Below are positions 12,780 to 25,802 of a stretch of 64,000 nucleotides of DNA, piece after piece; the stretch's first letter is position 1, and the number at the start of each line of letters is the position of its first letter. Source of the stretch: Felis catus. Taxonomy: Eukaryota. The DNA lies in contig NC_058368.1 in assembly GCF_018350175.1 (NCBI RefSeq), positions 149,546,001 to 149,610,000 on the forward strand, in the 5' to 3' direction. The notes under the pieces were generated by a model. The model was not told the origin of the DNA and did not search any database. It saw only the letters and a list, made by a program, of their open reading frames with translations. The position numbers and the translations under genes were made by a program.

Positions 12780-13900
12780 GTACAATTTTAGAAAAATAAA
12801 ACATTCTTATTACATAATAGGTGGTAGAAAAATATGAACCACTGTCATAGAGGAGTTGATGTTTGATCTGAGTCTTGATCAATACAATGTGGAAAATGGG
12901 GAGAGGGATCTCTGAGAAAGAGACACTAGAATTTGCAAAGGTGTCGTAGTGATGACAAGTCTTCAGGCATGATTTAAGTGTAAGAGGGATGAGTTGAAAC
13001 TGAAAAAGTATGTTAGGACTAGAATAATTTTGAATGCCATGTTAGGAAATTCGGATTTTAATCGGTGAATGCTGAGAAGCCAGAGAAAGTTTGTAAGAAT
13101 GGAAATATGTGGGATCTGATTTGTCTTCTGGAAAGTTAGATCTGGCGCTAGATTGAATGAAGAACTAAGTACAACCTACAAGAGAGTCAGGTTATGAAGC
13201 TATTGGAATGATTCAGGAAAAAAAATAAAGTAATATCTAAACAAAGAGGTAGATAATAGGAACAAATGTTTGCGTTGAAACATATGAAGCAAGCAAAACA
13301 CATATATAACATAATCTATTAAAACATATAAAACACCTTCCAATGACTTTTGGATGAAAATGAGGTAGAGGATGGAGGAGAGAGGAGTCTCAAGGATGCC
13401 CCAAGGTTTCTGACTAGGAAATGGAGAGTGCTGTCTTTACTGGGAGAAATGGGAGAAGGAGGAAACACCAGAGATCAGTTCAGGAATCTGCTGAGTTTGA
13501 GGTGTCTGCAAACATTTTATGAGATGTTCTTCAGACAGTGAGATATAGACATATGTACCTCTGCAAGTAGCTGGAGTGAACACGAGGGATGTCAATATCC
13601 AAGGAGCAAAAGCTGAAGAGGAAACAGAGAAGTATATCCAGGGAATCAGGTGGGGAGACATGGGACAACTTCTTACAGAAGCCAAAGGAAGCCAAATTTC
13701 AATGGGGGGTTGAATCCAGTAAAAAATATAATGACTGTGGGAAAAATGCCATTCTACTGGATAATTTGGAGGAATATGGTGACATCATGCAGTGTTTTAA
13801 ATTGAGAAATCAGACTGTAGAATATGGGGGGGGGGTGGTAAAAGGAAATTGGTGCATCTCTGCAGGGGTGGAAAGAAAGTGCCAAATGAGGTTTGGTGTT
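12780..13900 (-). mobile_element. L2 LINE fragment
   Basis: Purine-rich reverse-L2 blocks (ttgaatgccatgttaggaaattcggattttaatc; aggagtctcaaggatgccccaaggtttctgact; tgagtttgaggtgtctg). Confidence 0.75.
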
Positions 13901-14019
13901 TGTGAAGATGACAGAATCAAGAAAATATTCTCTCTCTGCATAAGTTCAGCTTTCTATCCTTAGTCAGGGACCATAGAGGGTCTAAATCTGTCCCTGATGC
14001 TAACTTCCTATAGTTGTCA

Positions 14020-16070
14020 TTGTTCCTCTTTCTTGATCGCCTTACAGGTTTTCAGAGTCAGTGAGAGTGTTCTTCTTGTGAGTGTGCCTCATCTTGTATT
14101 CCTTTACCTTCCCATATGTTGTAGGTAAGAAAGACCGGTTTCCAAGTTTAGGGACACAGAGGACATAGATGTACTAGCTGCTAAGGAAATCATGTCCCCC
14201 CACCCACCCACCCCTCCATCATATCCAAATAGCAGCATCCTTCTTTGATTCAAAAAAGCCACTGAATTTTATAGAGCTCTTCACTCAAATATGCAGCAGG
14301 TCAACACTACTTTCATTTTTCTTATTTCGACTTATTTTTGCCTGTGGACGTCTTTATTTCCAACTGGTTTTCTTAGACTCTGCTTTTTTTATGGTATTTC
14401 CTAAATGTTTTGAAATCCCAACTGATGTTATAATCTTTTTTTTTTTTTATTGAGGGGAGATATTTTTTGTAGGTCCTTCCTCATCTGACCCCATTTCCAG
14501 ATATATGTCCTTTCAAAGGACCAGGAGGTTTAACTCTAGAGACCACATAGATTTTGAAAAAAACAAAAACAAACCAACAAAAAACATACGAATTATCCAG
14601 GAGAAAGAGGGTAGAATTTAAACACTAGTGTAGCTCACACTCGGTCTTAGAACTCTCCTGAAAGATACAAAATTAATCCCATTTGTAACTGTGGTTTACG
14701 AAAAAAAAATTAAATGTCTCTGTTTTAATATATAGCTCTTCACTGTTTATTTTCAAATGGCTCAAAATAACTGAAAGTATTATGAGTCGCCAGAGCAGAA
14801 CTGCTCTTTTTTCACCCACTGTCACTGCCCCACTTTACAATTTTTAAAACACTTGCTTTTACATTAATATAAATCAGCCCATGTCTCTTTCACAAAATAT
14901 TCCATATTGCTCCGCTCAAAGCCATTCTCTGCCAAACACATGGAGGCGCCTTGCCCTCTGGAGAAACTGACACATGTAAACTGAAGAAAACAGACGGGCC
15001 TCTGTTCTGGAGTTGCCAGCGCTGTGGCCTTTCAGCCCGCCCACACGGAGACTCAACAGGCACTTATCCAAGCCTTCGGACTGAGGGTCTTCAAGCTTTG
15101 CTATTGTTCCCAATTCTAAAAAACCACAAATTCATTTATTTGCAGTATGTTTCAAAAATAAAATGGCCTTAGGAAATGAGGTAGATGGAGCAGTTAGTAA
15201 TTTGTCCCTTTAAATGCCTACTGTTTCTTTCCTTATGATTTAACAGTTTCAGTGTGTCTTTTCTGAGAATTAGCATGCCAAAAGAAACATTAAAGTTCTT
15301 CCTGCTCAGTGGTTTCTGATTCCTTGTTGAATAGCGCCACCTCATGGTTATTCTGTTTCTTTAATCATTACAAGGGATGACCGATAATATTTGATTTTGT
15401 CTTAGACTATTTCCCTTTATAACCATGACTAAAACCAATATATATCAAAGTATAGTTTAAACATAATAATTTTTCTGGCAAACCTGTTTACATTGGACTA
15501 TCACCTCACCATTTGCTTTTGACGTTCATGTTCCTATTCCCTTGAGCACCTAACACATCACTTTCTTTATGGTAGGTGCCGTAGGGATGAGGCTGAAGGC
15601 ATTGTACTTTGTCTCACTCTTCTGATGGTCACCTACATCATGATGGTTTTTAATTTAATAATCTTCTGAGCTTTTGCTAGAATTTAGTATCACTCCTACA
15701 ACTGTATGTATCTGAATGTCTAATCATTTCTTCGTAATATGATCAAAATAGTTTCTCATCTTCTTGTAAAAATCTTTAATATCATACTTCTGAAATCCTG
15801 ACATAGCATCTTAAAGACAGCTTGGGTCCTGCTTGTTTGTCTTTTCTTTCTTTCAAATAATAATACGGTCATTTCTTGCTCTATCTTCGCTTACCTTTCT
15901 GCCCTGGCTAAATCTCTGGTCCAATTTTTATTTAACTTATGGTGAGGTTACAGTTATGGTATTAGCCAACTCTTCTTCAGCACATCCCTTAATCTTCATT
16001 TCATAACACACATGCTTTTCTTCTTGAATTCCATAATTAAAATTGAAGAGTACAATCAAAATTACTTTAG
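14020..16070 (-). mobile_element. Ancient RTE-clade LINE relic (copy D), linker-RT-thumb
   Basis: Ordered motifs: KIKGCAEEELA (ORF 15937..16152); KYDIKDFYKKMR; APTIKKV...KANGE; SWL*REIV*D; AGRTLMFLL; KKQ*AFKG; FVVF..SKA; EGLDKCLLSL (ORF 14916..15113); SGVKK..LA..F; KHLGNTI..LEIKTSTGK; KVVLT; RRML. Confidence 0.7.
15333..15347 (-). promoter_or_regulatory. Candidate CTCF motif
   Basis: Reverse complement CCATGAGGTGGCGCT fits the CTCF core CCASYAGRKGGCRS closely, with its CpG retained. Motif match only. Confidence 0.5.
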
Positions 16071-16289
16071 GAATCATTGGCCTCACTGTTTCCATGAAAG
16101 CTCTCCACATAAGAATAAATATATATTTAGGTACAAGAATTTTCAACATCACTTTTTATTAGTGCGAGACTAGAAGCAAAGTAAATGTCCAAATAACAGT
16201 TGGGAGATACATGCCCCCATTTCCAGAAATGGATAAGTTATTCAACATTCATACAGTGAAATATTAAACACCATTAAGAATAATGTTTT

Positions 16290-16503
16290 GGGGGGCACCT
16301 GGGTGGCTCAGTCAGTTAAGCGTCTGACTTCAGCTCATGTCATGATCTCATGGCTCGTGAGTCCAAGCCCCAACCAGAGCTCTGTGCTTACAGCTCGGAG
16401 CCCGGAGCCTGCTTCAGATTCTGTGTCTCCCTCTCTCTCCCTCTGCCCCTTTCCCGCTCACGCTTTCTCTCAAAAATAAATAAATGTTAACAAATTTTAA
16501 AAA
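16290..16503 (+). mobile_element. CAN-SINE
   Basis: Head ggggcacctgggtggctcagtcagttaagc. TSD aagaa(t/c)aatgtttt at 16276-16289 and 16504-16517. Confidence 0.95.
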
Positions 16504-16659
16504 AAGAACAATGTTTTTCAACAGCAATTAGTATTAAAAGAAAAATGGAAAAAAGCAGAATAAAAAATATAGTCAATACAGTCCTCTTTTTTTTTTAAGG
16601 TATGTGCAAAGACCAGAAAAAAAATGCACAAAATATGCAGAGGATATGTGGTTAATATA

Positions 16660-16881
16660 TTTTTTTAATTTTTTTTTTCAACGTTTATTTATTTTTGGGA
16701 CAGAGAGAGACAGAGCATAAACGGGGGAGGGACAGAGAGAGAGGGAGACACAGAATCGGAAACAGGCTCCAGGCTCTGAGCCATCAGCCCAGAGCCCGAC
16801 GCGGGGCTCGAACTTACGGACCGCGAGATCGTGACCTGGCTAAAGTCGGACGCTTAACCGACTGCGCCACCCAGGCGTCCC
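16660..16881 (-). mobile_element. Young CpG-rich SINEC_Fc
   Basis: Near-consensus with intact CpGs (cccgacgcggggctcgaac). Flanked by gttaatat direct repeats. Confidence 0.95.
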
Positions 16882-16953
16882 AGTTAATATTTTTATATAC
16901 ATTTTTTTCTTAAACCTTTCCTAGTTGTGATTTTTTAAAAGATAATTGTTTTA

Positions 16954-17173
16954 ATTTTTTTTTAAACGTTTATTTATTTTTGGGACAGAGAGAGACAGAG
17001 CATGAACGGGGGAGGGGCAGAGAGAGGGGGAGACACAGAATCGGAAACAGGCTCCAGACTCCAGGCTCCGAGCCATGAGCCCAGAGCCTGACGCGGGGCT
17101 CGAACCCACGGACCGCGAGATGGTGACCTGGCTGAAGTCGGACGCTTAACCGACTGCGCCACCCAGGCGCCCC
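16954..17173 (-). mobile_element. Young CpG-rich SINEC_Fc
   Basis: Perfect 17-bp TSD aaaagataattgtttta at 16937-16953 and 17174-17190. Confidence 0.95.
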
Positions 17174-17364
17174 AAAAGATAATTGTTTTATAAAATGAGA
17201 AACTTAACAATTCTAACTCTTTCACTCAAATTAGCATTCAATTTTGAGTTTAAGCTAAGAGTGACACAAGTTGATTTAAAATTTTGAAACTTTTAATTTG
17301 TATTTAAAACTTTTAAATGTAATTTTACATCCTTATTTTCCTGTCTTAAGAGAGATAGCTACAT

Positions 17365-18490
<1,126 letters not shown>

Positions 18491-18499
18491 GCCAAATAT

Positions 18500-18950
18500 T
18501 ACAAGCCACAAAAATAAAAGGGATAACTGCTCTTTAGTTCCTGCAAATAGGGGACTCCCCTATATGAGGCTTTTAATGAAATATTTAAAACAAAAATGTT
18601 GTATTTGTCAAGCTCAGTTCATTTTTTTTCGGCAAATGCAACCCATAGTCAGTTTCATGAAAGGAAATGTGTTGAAGAGTTCTCTTCTATCTGTAACTAC
18701 AAACCATTCCGGTAAACCATGCACTTGGAATGGAAGATGATCGAAAACTGACAATGGAAAAATACAGCTGCAAGTTGACTTACCAATCTTTTGTAATGGA
18801 TCTTTGTTTGGACATACAAGACAATGCTGGTCTTGGTGAACAGAGCTCACTTGGTGAACAGACCCTGCAAGGAAGCCGGGTATAGTCCATACACAGCTTT
18901 TCCTCACCTCGCTGCCTGGCACTCCACTGATGGTCTGTGGTGACAGCAGG
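18500..18950 (+). mobile_element. Ancient RTE-clade LINE relic, RT N-terminal half
   Basis: ORF 18441..18740 contains HKNKRDNCSLVPANRGL (cf. YKNKGD..C.NYRGI) and ICQAQFIFFR (cf. Q.GFR), followed by VNH..WKMI and LQGS..SP..LF. Confidence 0.5.
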
Positions 18951-19049
18951 ATCAGTAGTGGTGTTGAAGAAAGAGGAAGAAGGAAGAAAAGATACTGAAA
19001 AATGGAAGAAAAGGGACCCAGAAAGACAATATATTAATACATGCATTAA

Positions 19050-19240
19050 GCTTTTATCTTGTGATAGGTTCTCTGCTTGGCTCTTTCCATACATTATCAC
19101 ACTTAATTTTCACAATGACCTTATGAAGTAGTACAAATGAGGAAACTGAGGCTTATGAAAGGTTGCCCAACATGGGTTATATTACTGGTAGGGAGCAGGT
19201 CTTCTACTTCCAAAACCAGGCTCATGACCATGCTCTTCTG
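19050..19240 (-). mobile_element. MIR fragment
   Basis: cattatcacacttaattttcacaatgaccttatgaagta..aaatgaggaaactgaggctt. Confidence 0.75.
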
Positions 19241-19308
19241 ACAGGCAGCACAGACTATGAAATGTGGTCTAGGTACTTCCTTGTGTGAATATAAAAGAAT
19301 GGAGAATA

Positions 19309-19539
19309 GGGGCGCCTGGGTGGCTCAGTCGGTTGGGCATCTGACTTCGGCTCAGGTCATGATCTCGCAGTCTGTGAGTTCGAGCCCCTCATTGGGCCTT
19401 GTGCTGACAGCTTGGAGCCTGGAACCTGGAGCCTGGAGCCTGCTTCTGATTCTGTGTCTCCCTCTCTCTGCCCCTCCCGCACTCATGCTCTGTCTCTCTC
19501 ACTCTCAAAAATGAATAAATGTTAAAAAAAAAATTTTTT
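19309..19539 (+). mobile_element. CAN-SINE (SINEC_Fc-like)
   Basis: TSD aaagaatgg(ag/aa)aata at 19294-19308 and 19540-19554. Internal reiteration of gagcctg. Confidence 0.95.
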
Positions 19540-20049
19540 AAAGAATGGAAAATAGAGGTTCAGGGATCTGGTTGGGTCTATGTGAGGCAAATTAATCATA
19601 CTTTACTCTTAGAACCTCAAAATGAAGAATGTGGATGTCCTCTTTTTGAGGAAAGAAGCTCAGGGTGATTAAAATTTCAAAAGAGACTAGCAGGCATGAA
19701 AGTCTGGGCAAATAGGAGACCTTGACTTTATTTAGTTTTCAGTGAATATCAGGAATACTTTGGGAGAATCTCAGAATGTATTTTTGCTTGATTTTGTAGT
19801 TTGTAACACTACTCCTTCTCCACTCTTTTTCCCATCACATTCTGCCACCATCACTTCTCTCTTGATTCTGAAAAGGGCTTGTATTTGCTCTAGGTGTTTG
19901 AGTCTTTATTAAATGAGCAAAGGGAAACACTGAAGGAGGTTAGGAGACAAGATATAAACTTTTTCCTGGTCCCCTGATCACCCCTCTCCAGTAAGCCAAT
20001 GGCCTTCTCACCTTTCCCACTAGTATCCATTTCTCATTCCAGAAGCTCC

Positions 20050-20820
20050 ATCCTTCCAAGCACTGAAGGGTTCTTGCTTCCCCAAACAAGTAATGATGAG
20101 GGAATAGATAATGGAGCTGTAGAGAGAATTCCCACTGAGCTCTGGAGAGAGATGTTTTTGGAGATCCAAAATGTTCATGTATTTGATCAGGAATTTTTAA
20201 TATGATATTTTTGTATACTTTGGGGACATGTTCATAAAACTGTCATATGTCTTTGGCCAGGAAGCATAACTACAGTGAAAGCTGTAATGACATGGCACAT
20301 AAATGCATTCATTTATGTTCCAATTTGAATCCAACTCTTAGTTTTAGAGGCACACTAATTCTCAAAATTGAAGAAGTTTCCACATAGTAATTTTAAAATG
20401 GAAAGACAGACTATGAAATATTGTTTATAAAGCTAAATCTACAAACTATTCTACAAAACTAGTGTAGCACACATGTTTAGAATTAGGAACTAAGGGAGGC
20501 TATAAATTAGCCCCAGTATTAACATATTCTGTCACCCAGATAAACAAACCTCAAAAAAACTTAGCTCACACCCATATTTAACTCTATAAATTTGGTAGGA
20601 TTACCACAAAAGCCCCTAAAGTTCTTGTAAACAGCAGTCTTGCCTCATCTTTCACTATCTCAGAGCAAGATTTATTTTGATAATTTAAAGCCATTTACAT
20701 TGTAAAATAAATAAAAACATTTTGGCATTTTGACCTTTAAAAAATGTAAAAATTGAAATAAAGTTATAGTCTTGTGGAGTTCGTATTTGGAAGTCTGAAA
20801 GAGATTAAAATGAAGTTATA
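20050..20820 (-). mobile_element. Ancient RTE-clade LINE relic (copy F), RT C-term/thumb
   Basis: FRL.QI..HKTITLFQ; KDEARLLFTRTLGAF; ISVPSKTK; YASW..RHMTVL; IILKI, in order. Confidence 0.5.
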
Positions 20821-22889
20821 ATATAGTTACACATGCATGTATCTGTTCTTCCCCATTAGAATGTAGGCAATTTGAGAAGTAAGAAAATTATTTATGTTTG
20901 CCTTATTCTGAGCACATGAAAACAGTAATTTCCTCATTGTAAATGTTCAAAATGTCATGAAATAATTAATTTTTCAGTGTAAACTTAAGATGACTGCAAT
21001 GAAAATCTACCAAAAACCATAGAATTCATGGGCAAATCACACTTCAGAAAGTTCTTCAAACTTTTTTCATAGGTAATATCATGTCATTGTTACAAATGGA
21101 GATTTGATGGTCACAAAAAGATATTTATAAGTTCATTAGCAGTATTCAAATGTCAGGCATTGGGTGTTGCTAAGTATGTAAATAGCAGTCCCTCCTTGTG
21201 TGGGTGGGTAAATATCTACCTAATTGTTTAAGAATAAGCAAGAGCCTCTCTCCTACCTTTGATGCAGACTATTTATAACCAGTTGGCCATAAATCAAAGA
21301 GGACCCAGACGTCTGATTAGCAGGCAAAGAAAAGAGATTTTTAGTGGGATCTTGAAACAGACTGCTGAAATAACCTGGGTCATAGATTTTGTAGAACAAA
21401 GATTAGGAAAAAACTGGAACTTAAAAAAGAATACAGATTCTTTTAGATGATAAGGAGAAGGAACTTACAGTAAAGGTCAGGCTGGAACATCTGGTCAGGC
21501 TGTCAAGGTATGTCTGGGAAATTAAAGAAAAATATAAAACCTGGAAAGCCAGAAAGGGAAATCATAACAAGCCTAATATTCTCCACTGAGGAGTTTGAGA
21601 ATTTATACTAAATTTATACTAAAGATGGTGGAGAGCAAGTAAAGAATTTTAGACAGTGAAGTTCATGATCATGTAATATTTTAGAAATGTTACGCTAAGA
21701 TTATATTTTGATCAGTTTATGAAACAACAGGGAATACTTTCATATCATGTAAAGTAAAAGATCAAGGTAAAATTATGTGCACATATAAATTATAAATATG
21801 ATGTTTCCATCTTTGTCAAAAAGAAAATCAAGACAAAAAGATTCAACAGAAAGAAAATATGCCTAAATCTCAATGATAGCTCACTTTGGGTGCTAAGATT
21901 ATGATTAACTCAATAAACACATATTGTATATATTTAAATTTCACTTTTAAAAGATTTCAAACTTCATTGCTGTCTTTGTAAAAAGCTGAACACCACAGTG
22001 AGAGGACGTCTTTTTTTTTTATTGTATTGCCAATGCACTAAAATTAAATATTGCTACATGAGATAAATGTGTCTTAAAAAGTAGTTCTATTTACCATAGC
22101 AAATTTAGTTTTCCATTTGAAAATTAGAGTTCATATTGTCAATGTTGTTTTCCTCCAAAGGATACAGGAATTGGGCTGGAATCATAGCTTCTGGAAAGAG
22201 TATGTTTTATAGAACTAAAAGGCCATGTTCAAGCTAGCATAGGTTTATTTCCAGATGTCTGTCCTCTGACAAATTGCTTAATATTCCTGGAAAAGGACGA
22301 TCATAATGATGACCCACAGATGTGTGAAGATTGCAGGGGGAGTGTGGTAATAGCCACAGTCTGTAAGGCCAAATTACAGCTAAATTTGTTTGAGTTAATT
22401 ATATACCATTAATACTCACATTTGGAGAAGTGTCTGAAAGCACAGTTGTCATTCCTACAGATCTGGTCGATTGTTACCCCCAGGCTTATCATCCTATATA
22501 AGTGTGGTTTAGATTATTTCCCTCCAAGGACATTAACTGACATGCCAGAATTCAAATATCTCTGCTGCTTTTCTGTCCATTTATGTGGACTTGTAAGACT
22601 TTTCTTCAGTGATTATTTGACCATTTTAGATTTCCTTGTCTGGAAAATGGTGACTCATCTGAAATACTGAAAGTTGTATCCCAAACTTCACTCCTTTGAT
22701 TACTCATGAGTGTAAAAAAGGAAATTCTAATGGCCTATCCTTGATGATATGGTTGTCTGTTCTTGTGTCTGCCCAGATACGTGTACAACACCAGAGCAGG
22801 TCCTGACATATTTGTGGTATATCCCCTAGTCTGACATGTCATTTTTTAATACACATCACAAAGAAGAAAGGAAAGAAATCTCTATTTGT

Positions 22890-23885
22890 ACGAATTGCTC
22901 TTCTGCCCTGAACCCATCAATGGTGTCTCACTCAGAATAAAGACCAAAGTACATATATCTGCAAGACCCTCTAGTCAAATGCTCTTCTCTCAACAACTTC
23001 AGCTTCTATAGCTCTCCTTTTCTGGGTTGACTCTGGCTACCCGTCCCACCTTGCTATTTCTTGTACGTGTGGACGTCAAGACTTTGTACTTGCCATAGCC
23101 TTCTTTCAACACCCTTGTACATCTCTACATGGCTTACTCCTTCACCTCCTCTAAGTCAATTGTTAACTGACTAGTTAGTTGTTCCTTGTCCATCTTACCT
23201 AAAATAGCAACTACCCCCCACCAGTGCTTCAAGATGCTTCCTTCTGTCCCATGAAAGCGAGGTATATTCAAAAAAACCTCCAAAGACTGGAGGAGCCATT
23301 AGACCAAAGAAAAAGGCTGACAAGTACAGCTTGACAATAAATGGACAGAAGCTTGTCTTGGGCAGATGCCAGACCAGTAGGTCTCTGCAACCCTACCTCC
23401 TTTAAGAACTGCTTTTATAGCCCTCGGGCCGGGGACTACATGCAGAGGGACTGCCCAAGAGAAGAATGTTTAAGAATAGGTGTGTATCCTCGCTGTCTCT
23501 CCAGGACAGATTCAGGAGGCTAAACCCTGAGGATGTACTTAAGGGTGTGGTTAAACAAAAAGGAAAAGTGTTGGGACAGGGGAGGAGGAGCTGTGCTCAA
23601 GAATGTTTCAGGTCATAGAATGGTCATCATGGCACATTCCTTCAACATGGTGTTAGGCTGGCTCCCATACCCTCCCATTCTCATGCTTTCCTTTTCAGAA
23701 AGGAAAAGTTCCTTACAGAATTCACAAGCATCTCTTTATTTTCTGTTTTCATCAAGTAGAAGTAAACCCCATGAGAGTGGGGATTTGTGCAAGTTTGCTC
23801 ACTGCTGTATACCCAGCATCTAAAACTACACCTTCATGTGGTGTATACTCAATAAATAGTTACAGCATAAGTACATTCATTAATC
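22890..23885 (+). mobile_element. L2 3' fragment split by an LTR
   Basis: L2a-like catggcttactccttcacctcctctaagtc ... tttgctcactgctgtatacccagcatctaaaac ... actcaataaatag. Confidence 0.75.
23252..23670 (-). mobile_element. ERVL-type solo LTR (MER54/73/74-like group)
   Basis: GC-richer block inside L2. The minus strand has ctataaaa and shares blocks (agggtttagcct, ccaagacaagc) with the LTR at 32909-33255. Family assignment is from memory. Confidence 0.6.
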
Positions 23886-25273
23886 AAATGAAGTTAGGAA
23901 AGCTATTTCAAAGAGAAGCATTTGTTAAAACCATGGTAAACTGGATTTAATTGGGAAAAAAAAAGTACTGGATCTATTTATAGTAAACTTTCATTATAAT
24001 ACACAAAGTAAATAGGATATTTCTCTCAGCTAATAAGGATAATTTGCCAAAAGGAAGAAAAGTAAGTGACAGCAGAAACCAATAGAAAACACTTCTTGTG
24101 ACAAAGCTAGCACTAGAAGCACCAGTCAGACACAAGCAACACAAGTCGTTGTCATCAAAAATATGGTCTTAAGATTTCATTATTCAAGTCTCCAGGGAAT
24201 AGGAGAAGGTGATATTTTCCCTTCCACTTAAAGGACTATGGTCTCATGACAATAAACACCACTATTCAGCTAGCAGTTTAAGACAGATAAGCACAAATAG
24301 GATACATTTGACCCAGTCTGTTAAAAACCTGCAGTCTGTATGAAACAAATCAAGGGAAAGCGTACGATTGCAGAGAACAATAAGACCTGAGATAAAGGAC
24401 TTTTCATCTTTAATAACTGACTGGGATTGCCACCAGCCACTATAGGGACACGAAAAACTCAGGGTGGTGGTGATTCCCAAGGCTGAGACTTAAAACTCCT
24501 TGAAATGGAACTGTCACCCTCGTACTGGGACTGTGAGAAGAATGGGCACTTAGCAAGCACTAGGCACACCAAGAAGCAAAGTTTGATGATGTGGTAGCTA
24601 AGGCGTATCTGGGAAGCTTCTGGCAACAAGTGAAGTGTCAGGAAAAGGAGGAGGCAGAATTTCTGGAGGAATGAAACTTTCTAGAGCCCGTGAGCACAGA
24701 GGCTTAGTTTACTATGACTCTCTCCCCTCTTACGTACAGGTGTGGGAAACAGGCAAATCCCTAGGAGGAAGAGCTTCATGCCAAGCATTGGCAGACCATG
24801 ACCCAAAAAGGAATTTGGTAGAATATTCAACTTAACCATTCTCTGGATCCCACTGTGGGGAGCAGAAATGGGAAAGGGAGGTTATTTTAATTACAAGAGT
24901 CTACTATTCTCAAAGACGAAAATTTAGGAATGGGCACTGACTTTGTAAGGCTACAAATCAGAAATGGAAGCCTCAGGATAGAGAATCAACTAGATATTCT
25001 GGTCACACCCATTCCCTTGTGCTCCAGAGACAACACTCATTTTCATTCTCCTACTAAATTACACAAAAATTTTAAGAGATTTATTCTGGTTTGGACGAAG
25101 TATGCATGTAATAATTTCTCATTCTTTGGCTACAAGTCATATAGATCAAGTTTCTATAGGACACTAGATAGCAAGTTTTTATCATTTCTAGGACATTGCT
25201 TATGGAAAGAGTCCATGAGCAAACTTTCTTTCCAGGTATTAAAAAGATTTTGCTAAAGAAAAGGTGTAACCTA

Positions 25274-25634
25274 GAGGTGTCTGGATGGCTCAGGTGATTA
25301 AATATCTGACTCTTGATTTCAACTCAGGTTATGACCTCATGGTTTGTGAGTTTGAACCTTGCATCAGGCTCTGTGCTGACAGTTCAAAGCTTACTTGGGA
25401 TTCTTTCTCTCTGCCCTTCCCAGCTTGTGCACATGCAAGCACTCTCTCAAAATAAATAAATAAACTTAAAGAAATAAAGGGAGAGAGGAGGGAGGGAGGG
25501 AGGGAGGGAGGGAGAGAGGGAGGAAGGAAGGAAGGAAGGAAGGAAGGAAGGAAGGAAAGAAAGAAAGAAGGAAAGAAAGAAGGAAAGAGAGAGAAAGAGA
25601 GGGAAAGAGGAAGGAAGGAAGGGAGGGAGGGAAG
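25274..25634 (+). mobile_element. Older CAN-SINE whose tail has expanded into a purine array
   Basis: SINE body to ~25470, then (GGGA)n(GGAA)n(GAAA)n. TSD-like aaagaaaag(g)tgtaac at 25255-25270 and 25635-25649. Confidence 0.9.
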
Positions 25635-25802
25635 AAAGAAAAGTGTAACTTAATGAAAATATTAATTTTGAAAATATAACATTATTTGCAACTACTTAAG
25701 TCTATCTAGGTATAGACATTTAAAAAAGTAAGTTTATTTGGATCTAGAAAAATATTTTGATGAGCCACATTGTACAGTTTTTATTGTACCCAGTACAATA
25801 CT

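Larger units (their letters stand above)
22150..25256 (+). mobile_element. Ancient RTE-clade LINE relic (copy G), RT through thumb, interrupted by MIR, L2 and LTRs
   Basis: DPQMCEDCRGSVVIATVCK (~22310); LEKCLKAQLSF (ORF 22422); SFD..*WPIL..CPD (~22690-22780); LALEA...QKYGLKISLFK (~24100-24190); ORF 24930..25256 DFVRLQIRNGSLRIE..SPTKL..FKRFIL..KYACNNF..RTLDS..QVLKR. Confidence 0.75.
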
